From Candidatus Limnocylindria bacterium (GTDB lineage: Bacteria; Eisenbacteria; RBG-16-71-46): a DNA stretch of 62,261 nt. Location of the stretch: contig DASQFU010000032.1 in NCBI GenBank assembly GCA_035632955.1, forward strand, positions 1 to 62,261, given 5' to 3'. Both the position numbers and the translations under genes were made by a program. The notes below the pieces were generated by a model that was given only the letters and a program-made list of their open reading frames with translations, had not been told where the DNA came from and ran no database searches. Shown here piece after piece: positions 9,491 through 19,000 of this stretch (its first letter is position 1; each line of letters opens with the position of its first letter).

Positions 9491-9964
9491 ATGCCCGGAG
9501 TCGACGCCCAGGCTCGTGTTCGGCCGCTCGACGAGCTGGATATCGGGAGCATCGTGAGCATCGACGAGCGCATCACCGGCATTTACCGGCCGGACGTGTG
9601 GGAGCAGCGGATCGGCTACTACATCCGCCGCGACCCCGAGGCCTCGCGGGTCGCCGAAGTGCAAGGTCGCGTCGTGGGATTCATGCTCGGCGACCTGCGC
9701 GCCGGCGAGTTCGGGCTCGAGGAGCCGAGCGGCTGGATCGAGCGCTTCGGCATCGATCCCGACCACCGCGGCCACGATCTCGGCCGGCAGTTGTTCGAGG
9801 CGGTGCTACGGCATTTTCGTGAACGAGGCGCGGTGACCGTCCGAACGCTGGTGGATGGAAAGGACACGCGCATCGACGGATTCCTGCGCGCGCTGGGCTT
9901 CACGCCCTCTCCGCTGCAGGCGCTCGAGATTCGACTCCAGCCGGGTCCGCAGGAGCGAACATGA
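9491..9964 (+). CDS. GNAT family N-acetyltransferase
   Basis: RBS GGAGG at 9481-9485; VAEVQGRVVGF, FGIDPDHRGHDLGRQL (motif A), FLRALGF. Confidence 0.88.
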   Translation: MPGVDAQARVRPLDELDIGSIVSIDERITGIYRPDVWEQRIGYYIRRDPEASRVAEVQGRVVGFMLGDLRAGEFGLEEPSGWIERFGIDPDHRGHDLGRQLFEAVLRHFRERGAVTVRTLVDGKDTRIDGFLRALGFTPSPLQALEIRLQPGPQERT

Positions 9965-11283
9965 AGGTCGAGAAGATCACGCTCGAGAAGAAGTATCACG
10001 ATGCCGTCGAGCATTGGCGCCGGCATTGGATGCCCGACTACGAGCTGCTGATGACGCATTGGGACAAGTACTTTCCGAAGGACGAGCCGTTCTGCCTGTG
10101 CGCCAAGCTGGAATGCGGGACACCGGAGACGATTCCGGTCGGCGACCACGCCGGCGAGAAGAAGCGCGCCCAGCCCGACCAGTTGAACGAGGAAGAGGCG
10201 AAGCATCTGCTCGCGATCATCCGCGCCCAGGCGTCGACCGAGTTCGGCTCGATCCAGCAGCATTCCGGCACGCTGGCGCGCGCCCAGGACGACGAAGATC
10301 GATTCTGGGTGCTGCGGGTGATGGCCGAGGAGCTGCGTCACGGCTATCAGATGTTCCATCTCCTGCTCTCGCAGGACTGGAGCCGCGCGTCCGGAGGCGT
10401 GAAGGGCGAAGACATGGTCGAGGAGATCCTCTCGATGGGGACCGGCTCGCACGTGCTCGACGCCTTCAACCTCGACTACGACTCGTTCGTCGACAACGTG
10501 TGCTTCGCGGCGCTCATCGACCGCGTCGGCAAGTATCAGCTCACGATGCAGAAGGCGTGCGCGTACAAGCCGATGGCCGACAGCATGCCGCCGATGCTGC
10601 GCGAAGAGGCGTTCCATCTCGCGGCCGGCGTGATCCCGCTCCGCCGCTGGGCGCAGCGCGCGGCTCATGGCAACGTGTTCATCACCATGTCCGCGATCCA
10701 GAAGTCGTTCAACAAGTGGTACCCGCGCGCGCTCGAGATGTTCGGCGACGAGCGGGGCGGCGACAGCAACATCCGGATGGGCTTCAAGGACATGAAGAAC
10801 CGCCAGGCCCAGGATCTCTACATCGAGGAAGTCACCCGCATGGTGCGCGACATCAACGCCCGCTACCTGCGGGCGCGCTTCCCGGGCTACACGCTCGAGC
10901 GGGTCGAGCAGGTGCTGGACGAGCTGGAGCGCGACCGGGGCCGCCACGACGGTGTCACGTTCGAGGATCTGCTGCGGCTGCCGGACCGGCGCTTCTTCCG
11001 GCGCAAGGGCGAGCCGGCGTGGACGATGGTGGGCGTCGAAGGCGAAACGCACACCGACGCAGAGGCCTACCTGCGCTCTCTCGCGACCCATTTGCCCGAG
11101 CCCTACATGGCGAGCCGCGACATGAAGACCTATGCGGAAACCCTCCGCCAGGTCGCCACCGGCGAGCTGACCGTCGCCGACGCCATCAAGAAGATGCCGA
11201 AGCTCAAGCGAGTCGGCGGCACCTGCCCGTGCTCGCGGTCGGTGCGCTGGGTGGTGGAAGAGTCGGCGACCAACGGGCACTAG
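9961..11283 (+). CDS. BoxB/PaaA-like diiron aryl-CoA epoxidase family protein (divergent)
   Basis: Diiron ligand pattern QASTE...EELRH...IDRVGKYQL...REEAFH; LPDRRFFRRKG resembles the BoxB C-terminal region; ATGA overlap with the GNAT gene. Confidence 0.75.
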   Translation: MKVEKITLEKKYHDAVEHWRRHWMPDYELLMTHWDKYFPKDEPFCLCAKLECGTPETIPVGDHAGEKKRAQPDQLNEEEAKHLLAIIRAQASTEFGSIQQHSGTLARAQDDEDRFWVLRVMAEELRHGYQMFHLLLSQDWSRASGGVKGEDMVEEILSMGTGSHVLDAFNLDYDSFVDNVCFAALIDRVGKYQLTMQKACAYKPMADSMPPMLREEAFHLAAGVIPLRRWAQRAAHGNVFITMSAIQKSFNKWYPRALEMFGDERGGDSNIRMGFKDMKNRQAQDLYIEEVTRMVRDINARYLRARFPGYTLERVEQVLDELERDRGRHDGVTFEDLLRLPDRRFFRRKGEPAWTMVGVEGETHTDAEAYLRSLATHLPEPYMASRDMKTYAETLRQVATGELTVADAIKKMPKLKRVGGTCPCSRSVRWVVEESATNGH

Positions 11284-11305
11284 TCAGACCGTCCCCCGGA
11301 GACCG

Positions 11306-12919
11306 ATGCCCGATCGCGCCACCGTCGCCTACTTCTGCATGGAGTACGGGCTCGACGCGTCGTTCCCGATCTATGCCGGTGGACTCGGGGTGCTGGCGGG
11401 TGACTTCATCAAATCGGCTCACGACCTCGGCCTGCCGATGGTGGCGATCGGATTGCGCTGGGAGCGCGGCTATTGCGTCCAGCGCATCGGCCCCGACGGC
11501 CAGCCCTACGACGAGTTTCCCGAGTACGATCACGGCTTTCTCCGAGACACCGGCGTGCGCGTCCGAGTCCGCGTGCGTGGGAAGGAAGTGGCGTGCGCGG
11601 TGTGGGTCACGGACCGGTTCGGGCACGTTCCGCTCTACCTGATCGAACCGTACCGCGACGCCGATCGCTGGATCACGCGGCGGCTCTACGAATCCGGCAC
11701 CGATCCGCGTCTGGCCCAAGAGATCCTGCTCGGCATCGGCGGCCTGCGCGCGCTCAACTGGCTGGAGCCATCCGTCACCACCTATCACTTCAACGAGGGA
11801 CACGCCGTGTTCGCCGGCGTCGAGATGATCTGCGAGCGCATGGAAGGCGGCATGCCGTTCCCGGACGCGTGGGCCGACACGCGCCGGCACATCGTCTTCA
11901 CCACCCACACTCCGGTGAAAGAAGGCAACGAAGAGCATCCGCTCAAAGAGCTCCGCCGCATGGGGGCGTGTCTGGAGCTGTCGGAGGCCGAGATGCGGTC
12001 GCTCGGCGGCGACCCGTTCAACATGACGGTCGCGGGCCTGCGGTTGTCGCGGCGCGCCAACGCCGTGTCCCAGCTCCATGCGGAGACCTCGCGCTCGATG
12101 TGGGGCGCGATCGCCGACGCGGCGCCGATCGAAGGGATCACGAACGGCGTTCACGCCCCGACCTGGCAATCACCGCAGATTCGCTCCGCCGCGCGCGATC
12201 CGCAGGCGCTGTGGGCGGCGCATGGAGAGCACAAGCGCGAGCTGGTCGCCGAAGTCGAGCGCCGCACCGGCGTGCGCTTCGATCCGGACGCGCTGCTGAT
12301 CGGGTTCGCGCGCCGGGCCGCAGGCTACAAGCGGCCCGATCTGATCCTGCGCGACGAAGCCTGGCTCTCGCGACTGTTCGCCGAGCATCCAGTGAATCTG
12401 CTGTTCTCGGGCAAGGCCCATCCCGACGATCGCGGCGGCAAGGGCGTGGTCTCCCATCTGGTCGCGGCCCAGGGCAGGTTCGAGGGGCGGGTCGTGTTCC
12501 TCGAGAACTACGAAATGAACCTCGGCCGGCTCCTGACGCGCGGCTGTGACGTGTGGCTCAACAACCCGGTGCGGCCGCTCGAGGCGAGCGGCACCTCGGG
12601 CATGAAGTCGGCGCTCAACGGCGGGCTCAACTTGAGCATCCTCGACGGCTGGTGGCCGGAGGCGTGCGAGCACGGCGTCAACGGTTGGGCGATCGGCTCG
12701 ATCGACAGTGGCGACGACGTGCGCGACCTGAAGGCGCTCCAGGAGGTGCTGATCCGCCAGGTGCTGCCGGCCTGGACCGATCCGCCGCGCTGGATCGGAA
12801 TGATGCAGGCGAGCCTCGCGACGGCGGAGGCGCGCTTCACCTCCGATCGCATGGTGCGGGAGTACTTCGAGAAGCTCTACCTGACGCCGAGCGACGTCCC
12901 GGTCGCGCACTCACGCTGA
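11306..12919 (+). CDS. glgP: Alpha-glucan (glycogen/maltodextrin) phosphorylase, compact form
   Basis: YFCMEYGL, YAGGLGVLAGD, HFNEGH, FTTHTP, GITNGVH, GFARR..YKR, GKAHP, EASGTSGMK (PLP Lys). Confidence 0.93.
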   Translation: MPDRATVAYFCMEYGLDASFPIYAGGLGVLAGDFIKSAHDLGLPMVAIGLRWERGYCVQRIGPDGQPYDEFPEYDHGFLRDTGVRVRVRVRGKEVACAVWVTDRFGHVPLYLIEPYRDADRWITRRLYESGTDPRLAQEILLGIGGLRALNWLEPSVTTYHFNEGHAVFAGVEMICERMEGGMPFPDAWADTRRHIVFTTHTPVKEGNEEHPLKELRRMGACLELSEAEMRSLGGDPFNMTVAGLRLSRRANAVSQLHAETSRSMWGAIADAAPIEGITNGVHAPTWQSPQIRSAARDPQALWAAHGEHKRELVAEVERRTGVRFDPDALLIGFARRAAGYKRPDLILRDEAWLSRLFAEHPVNLLFSGKAHPDDRGGKGVVSHLVAAQGRFEGRVVFLENYEMNLGRLLTRGCDVWLNNPVRPLEASGTSGMKSALNGGLNLSILDGWWPEACEHGVNGWAIGSIDSGDDVRDLKALQEVLIRQVLPAWTDPPRWIGMMQASLATAEARFTSDRMVREYFEKLYLTPSDVPVAHSR

Positions 12920-12934
12920 GAGCGCGACCCCGCC

Positions 12935-13420
12935 TCAGGTTGCTTCGGAAGCAGTCTCGTGCCCCTGGAGCGCCTCCACGTACTCCTCGGGCAGCCGGTG
13001 ATGGCGCGCGCCGGCCAGTATCGTGTCCAGGTAGCGGCGCGACGGGGGCGAGGGATTCGAGGGGCGCGCCAGATACGCGGCCGCGCGCACTCGCCGCGGC
13101 ACCGAGCCGTCGTCCGGCCGCACCAGCTCCACGGTGATCAGCTCGCGGTCGTAGAGATTGTGCTGGTTGCCGGGCCCCTGGAATCCCTCCAGCCGATCGA
13201 GGGTCGCGAGATCCTCGTCGCCGACTTCGTGGATCATTCCCCACACCGTCTGACCATGTGCATGCGTCACGCTCGCCATGCCGCCGCCCCAGTGATCGGA
13301 GTAGCGCGGGAACACGAGCCGGTGGTCGTGCAACACGGCGAGCCCGACCATGTGGTGCCCGGGCGCGCGCTCGCGCATCTGCGCGGGATTCAAGTTGGAT
13401 GCGTAGGCGAAGTAGAGCAT
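12935..13420 (-). CDS. Gamma-glutamylcyclotransferase family protein
   Basis: MLYFAYASNL, LDRLEG, PSRRYLDTILAGA. Confidence 0.88.
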   Translation of the reverse strand: MLYFAYASNLNPAQMRERAPGHHMVGLAVLHDHRLVFPRYSDHWGGGMASVTHAHGQTVWGMIHEVGDEDLATLDRLEGFQGPGNQHNLYDRELITVELVRPDDGSVPRRVRAAAYLARPSNPSPPSRRYLDTILAGARHHRLPEEYVEALQGHETASEAT

Positions 13421-13596
13421 GTGGCGCGAGATTCCTCCCCGTTCACGTCGGCCAGAATACCGCAAATCGCGAGGGATCGAGGCGGAGCAAGCCGGACGGC
13501 GCGCCGCTCCGTTGTCAGGCCAGAAGGTCGCGGCTATGATTTCGCCCGCTTCGGTCGCGCACGTCTGCTTTCCAGGTCCAGAATGCACGGAGACAT

Positions 13597-14328
13597 GTGA
13601 TGTCCCTGGATTTCCTCGCTTTCGGCCCGCATCCCGACGACGCCGAGATCGGAGCCGGAGCGCTGCTCCGGAAGATGAAGGCGCTCGGGCACTCGACCGG
13701 CATCGTCGACATGACGACGGGAGACATGGGCTGGGGCACCCCCGAGATTCGCGCGGGAGAGAGCGATGAGGCCGCGAAGATCCTCAAGCTGGACGTGCGG
13801 GAGAATCTCGATCTCGGCGATGGCCGCATCGAAGACACCTTTGAGAATCGCTGCGCCGTTTCGGCCGTGATCCGGAAGCATCGGCCGCAGATCCTCCTCT
13901 CCCCTTATTACCAGTTGCCGATCGGTCGTGGCCTCGGACACAACGACCACTACAAGACCGGACAGCTGGTCGCGAACGCCTTCAATCTCGCGCATCTGCG
14001 CAAGGCGCCGGTCCCGGGCGAGCCGCACCAGGCGAAGGCCGTCTTCTTCTACTTCCTGCCGCCAGGAACGCCGCCGACCTTTATCGTCGACGTGACCGAG
14101 CACTTCGACGACTGGATGGCCGCGATCAACTGCCATCGGAGTCAGTTCGCCAATCCCGAGCGGCCGCGGCCCGCGAGCGTCCCCGCGGTGACCGAGGTCT
14201 TCGAGTCGTATGCTCGCTACTGGGGCTGGCAGATCGGCGTGCGCTATGCACAGGCATACCTGTCGGTCACGCCGCTGCGGATCGGCGACCCTTTGTTTCT
14301 CGTCAAGGACGTGGTGGCTCGACCCTGA
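13597..14328 (+). CDS. bshB1: PIG-L family deacetylase, bacillithiol BshB1-like
   Basis: FGPHPDDAEIG, VDMTTGD, IRKHRP, HNDH, AINCHRSQF. Confidence 0.8.
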   Translation: MMSLDFLAFGPHPDDAEIGAGALLRKMKALGHSTGIVDMTTGDMGWGTPEIRAGESDEAAKILKLDVRENLDLGDGRIEDTFENRCAVSAVIRKHRPQILLSPYYQLPIGRGLGHNDHYKTGQLVANAFNLAHLRKAPVPGEPHQAKAVFFYFLPPGTPPTFIVDVTEHFDDWMAAINCHRSQFANPERPRPASVPAVTEVFESYARYWGWQIGVRYAQAYLSVTPLRIGDPLFLVKDVVARP

Positions 14329-14347
14329 CCGCCGTCGGAGGTTTCGC

Positions 14348-16081
14348 ATGAATAGGTGGATGATCGCGCTGATGTTGCTGGGATGCGTGGCGGCCGCCCC
14401 GGCGCTCGCGGCCGACGGCCCGGACGCGCGCTTCTCGGCGATGGCCGAGGAGTATCTGGCGCGCTGGCTTGCTCGCGCCCCGCACGTCGCGACCCGGCTC
14501 GGTGTCCACGACGGCGATGCGCTGCTCTACCCCGTCACCGAAGCGACCGTGGCGGAGGACGTCGTCTGGCTCAAGCGCTTTCGCTCGCGCCTCGAGGCGG
14601 TCCCCCGCGCGCGACTATCCTTCGACAACGCGCTCGACCGGGACGTGCTCGCCGCTCGCATCGAGCGCGAGCTGTTGAACCTCGAGGTGATCCGGCCCTT
14701 CGAGCGCAATCCCAACTTCTATCTCGACCTGATCGCCGGCTCGGTCCAGTCGCTGCTCCAGCGCAACTTTGCCTCCCCGTGCGAACGGATCCGCTCCGCC
14801 TCGCGCCGGCTGGCGCGCGTGCCCGAAGTACTGCGGGCCGCGAAGCTCAACCTGCGGAACCCCCCGAAAATCTACACGGAAGTGGCGATCACGCAGTATC
14901 AGGGCGCTCTGCGCTTCTACCGCGAAGTCGTGCCGGCGCTGGCGCGCGGATGCAAGGATTCCCAGGCGCAGGCCGGCCTCGCCGAAGCCGACTCGTCGGC
15001 GGTCAAGGCGGTCGAGAGCTTCCTCGCCTTTTTGCGCGAGGATCTACTGCCGGCCTCGACCGGCAGCTATGCGCTCGGCCGCGAGGTCTACCAGCGCAAG
15101 CTCGCGGCCGACGAGATGGAAACCACTCCGGTCGATACGCTGCTCGCCATGGCGTGGGCGGCGCTCGAAGAGCATCGCGTGCGGATGGAAGCGCTGGCGT
15201 CGCAGATCGCGCCGGGGCAGGGAGTGGCGGCGGCGCTCGACTCGCTCGAGCAGGAGCGCCCCGAGGCGTCGCAGCTCGTGCCGTTCATCGCCGCGCAGCT
15301 CGACACGATCCGCGATTTCCTGCGCCAGGCCGACGTGATCACGATGCCGGCGAAGGAGAACCTGAAGGTGCGCGAGACGCCTTTGTTTCAGCGCAGCCTC
15401 TCGTTCGCGTCGATGGATTCACCCGGCGTCTGGGAGAAGCGCGCCACCGAGGCGTATTACAACGTGACGCCGGTGGACCCATCCTGGACCGAGCAGCAGA
15501 AGCAGGATCACCTCGGCTTCTTCAATCGTTATGCGTCGGAGATCGTCTCGATCCACGAGGCGTTGCCCGGGCACTACTATCAGTTCCTCGTGCTCAAGAA
15601 GGTGCCGTCGCGGCTGCGCCAGGTGCTGGGCGCCGGGAGCAACGTCGAGGGTTGGGCGCACTATTGCGAGCAGATGATGCTCGAGCAAGGCTACGGGGGT
15701 GGCGACCCGCGCTACCAACTCGCGCAACTGGTGCTCGCCATTCGGCGGATCGGCCGATTCATCGCCGGCATTTCGCTGCACACGCAAGGCATGACTTACG
15801 AGCAAGCGGTCCAGCTCTTCCAGGAGCGCTGCTACATGGAACCGGTGAACGCGGAACGCGAGGCGCGCCGCGGCACCTCGGACCCGACCTACCTCGTCTA
15901 CACGCTCGGGAAGTGGCGGATCCTCGAGCTGCGGGCGGAGGTGAAGCAGCGGCTCGGGGACCGATTCCGGCTCAAAGCCTTCCACGATGCCCTGCTGAGC
16001 CAGGGCAGCGCCGCCCTGCCGGTGGTTCGCGCCGGCGTGTTGCGCGAGCTGACGGGCGACGCCACGGACCGCGGCGAGTGA
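14348..16081 (+). CDS. DUF885 family secreted protein (putative metallopeptidase)
   Basis: Signal peptide MNRWMIALMLLGCVAAAPALA; HEALPGHYYQ and EGWAHYCE motifs; YTLGK near the C-terminus. Confidence 0.88.
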   Translation: MNRWMIALMLLGCVAAAPALAADGPDARFSAMAEEYLARWLARAPHVATRLGVHDGDALLYPVTEATVAEDVVWLKRFRSRLEAVPRARLSFDNALDRDVLAARIERELLNLEVIRPFERNPNFYLDLIAGSVQSLLQRNFASPCERIRSASRRLARVPEVLRAAKLNLRNPPKIYTEVAITQYQGALRFYREVVPALARGCKDSQAQAGLAEADSSAVKAVESFLAFLREDLLPASTGSYALGREVYQRKLAADEMETTPVDTLLAMAWAALEEHRVRMEALASQIAPGQGVAAALDSLEQERPEASQLVPFIAAQLDTIRDFLRQADVITMPAKENLKVRETPLFQRSLSFASMDSPGVWEKRATEAYYNVTPVDPSWTEQQKQDHLGFFNRYASEIVSIHEALPGHYYQFLVLKKVPSRLRQVLGAGSNVEGWAHYCEQMMLEQGYGGGDPRYQLAQLVLAIRRIGRFIAGISLHTQGMTYEQAVQLFQERCYMEPVNAEREARRGTSDPTYLVYTLGKWRILELRAEVKQRLGDRFRLKAFHDALLSQGSAALPVVRAGVLRELTGDATDRGE

Positions 16082-19000
16082 AAGCCGTGACCGAACGCTT
16101 CGCCGGCCGTTACGCGCTGCTGCGGCGCCTCGGGCAGGGAGGCATGGGTGAGGTGTTCCTCGCGCGCGACCTGTCCACGCGCCGTGAATGCGCGCTCAAG
16201 CGTCTGACCGCGCCCACCGCCGCGCCGGAGATTCTGAGGCGCGAGTTCGCGGTGCTCGCCCGCCTGCAACACCCGGCCGTGGTCGCGGTCCACGAGCTGG
16301 ATTTCGCGCCCGATGGCAGCCCGTTCTACACCATGGAATACGTGCCCGGGCTGCCGGCCGACCGAGCGCTGGAGCCCGGCGACTGGCCGGGGTTCGCGTT
16401 CGCCGCGACCGAGGTGGCGCACGGGCTCGAGGTTCTTCACGGGCTGGGCGTGGTCCATGGCGACCTCAAGCCTTCCAACGTCCTGATCGTGAAACCGGCG
16501 AACGCCGGACCTCTTCCCTCGGCCGTACGCTTGCTCGATTTCGGCCTCGCCGCACTGCTCGGTCAGCCGGCGCACGGACATCGGGGCACGCCGGGCTACG
16601 CCGCGCCGGAGGTGGTGCGCGGCGAGCCGCCGTCGCCGGCCGCCGACCTCTACGGTTTCGGTGCCCTGCTGTACGCGATGATCACGGGGCGGCCGCCGTT
16701 CCAGGGCGAGAGCGCGCAGGCGTTGCTGCGCTCGCAACAGGCGGGACCGCCGCCCGCCCTGCCCCTGGCGGAGCGCGGAGCGAGCCCGGGGCTGGTTCAG
16801 CTCGTGCTGAGACTGATGGCGCCCGACCCGCGCGAGCGGCCCAGGGACGCGGGCGAGGTGCGCCGCGAGCTGGAGGGCCTCTATCCCGCCGCCCGGCGAC
16901 CGCTCGCGGATCGGCTTCAGGCCGCATCGATCGTCGGGCGCGAACGCGAGCTCGCGAGGCTCGAGCACTGGCTGGCGATGCACGCGACGCGCTCCCGCGT
17001 CGCGGTCGTCTCGGGTCCGGCAGGCGCTGGAAAGACCGTGCTGCTCGCCGAAATGGCGGCTCGCGCCGCCCTGTCCGGGCGCAGCGTCGCGCATCTGTCG
17101 TGCTCCTCGTTCGCGGAGCCGGGCGCCGTCGCTCTCGCCATCGCTCGGCGCTGGGCGGGCGTCGCGCAAGCGGAGGCGGACGAGGCTCCGGCGAATCTCG
17201 CCCCGGACCTCCGCAGCTTGCTGGCGCGTCGCTCGGCGACGTTGGACGAAAGTCATCTGGACCGGCTCGTGGAAGCGGTCGTGGCGTTGGGGCGCGCTGC
17301 CACGCGACCAGACCGCATGCCGGTCGTCTTGCTCGACGACGCCGAGCGTCTGGACCCGTTGTCGCGCGCATTCGTGATCCGGCTCGCCCTACACCCCAAG
17401 GCCGCTCCGGCGGTTTGGATCTGGGCGCGGCGCAGCGGTGAGGGAATCGACGCCGACGAGGGCGAGCGCGTGCTGCTCGAAGCCGGGGCTGCGCACCGGC
17501 TCGCGCTCGGCCCGCTGGAGGAGCCCGAGGTCGAACGACTGGTCGCCGCACGGCTGCATCAGACTCCTCCCGCCGCTCTGCTCGCGTTCTTGTGGAAGCG
17601 TGCGGCGGGACATCCGGGACTGACGGTCGCGCTGCTCCAGACCGCGGCCGCGGCGGGGGCGGTGCGCGAAAGCGACGCCGGCCTGATCGTCGACGCCGCA
17701 ACCCTGGAGACGTTGGAGCTGCCCGCCAGCTTCGAGGCGGCGCTGCTCGCCCGCTTGAAGGCACTACCCGAGCCGTCGCGTGCCGTCGCCGCGGCGTTAG
17801 CGATCTGGGGACACGGGCTCGAGCCGCGAGCGGCGCTCGAGCTGGCGAGCGCCGGACGAGCGGAACTCCTGCCGCCGGCGACGCTCGAGACGCTCGTGAG
17901 CTCAGGGCTCGCGGCGCGCGATGCCGAAGGTCGTGTGGGGCTCGCGCCGCCGGCTTTGGCCGAACGGCTGGTCGAAGGGCTTCCCTTCGAAATACGCCGC
18001 GCGCTGCATCGGGCGGCGCTCGCAGTGCCTGGACTCTCCGAAACGTCCCGGTTCCACCACCTCTCGGGAGCAGGCGACGTCGCCGCTGCGCTCGATGCCG
18101 CGGAACGAGCGCTGGCCGAGCATCCCGATCCCGGATTCGCGGCCCAAGCCGCGGCGCTGGCCGAGTCCGAGGCGCCGCAACGTGCCGCGGCCTGGCGCGA
18201 GCGTCACGCGCGCCTGCTGTCCGCCGCCGGGCGCTATGCCGACGCGATTCCGTCGTTCGAGCGGGCGCTGGCCTTGGAGCCTCGCGGCGAAACGCGGCAC
18301 ACGTTGCGAGTCGCGCTTTCGACGGCGTGCCTGCGCGCGGGCGACGCGGTGCGGCTGGCACAGGTCACGGCAGAAGCGCTGGCGGATGATCCCCCGCCCG
18401 CGCTGCGCTCGCGGATCCTGAGCAACGAGGCTGCCGGACATCTCGCGCTCGGCGCCCTGGATCGCTCGCAGGCGATCGCGCGGGAAGCTCTCGATCTCGC
18501 GGAAACCGCCGCCGATCCCGAGGCGATCGGCGTCGCATCCGTGACGCTCGGCGCGGTGCTCGGGCGGCTCGGACAGCTCAACGCCGCCGCGACTCTCGCG
18601 CGCCGCTCCTATCAGGCGCACGAGCAGTGCGGGCAGACCACGGGCTCGATCCGGGCGCTGGTGCTGCGCGGCTGGGTCGCGCACGCGCGCCAGGACCTGG
18701 CCGACGCGGACGGCGCGTATCGCGAAGCCTTGACCTTGGCGCGCGAAAATGGCCTGCGCCTGGCGCTCGAGGAAGTGCTCGTCAATCGCGCGGTGCTCCT
18801 GGGCGAGATCGGGCGCTGGAAGGAAGTGCGCGAGATCCAGGCGGAGGCCGCGCGCCTGGCACTCGAAGACGGCCGGCCGGGGGGAGCCGCGGTGGCGCTC
18901 GCCAATCTGGCGTTGCTCGAAGGACTGACCGGCGGGTCACGCTCAGCCTTGCGCAGGGCCCGCGGGGCGTTGCGGCTGGCGCGCAAGTACCTCCCGAACA

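Noticed and set aside
14210-16077. Listed 2287-aa ORF starting at 14356
   Set aside because: The first ~570 codons are a shadow frame over the DUF885 gene; homology starts at the GTG at 16078.
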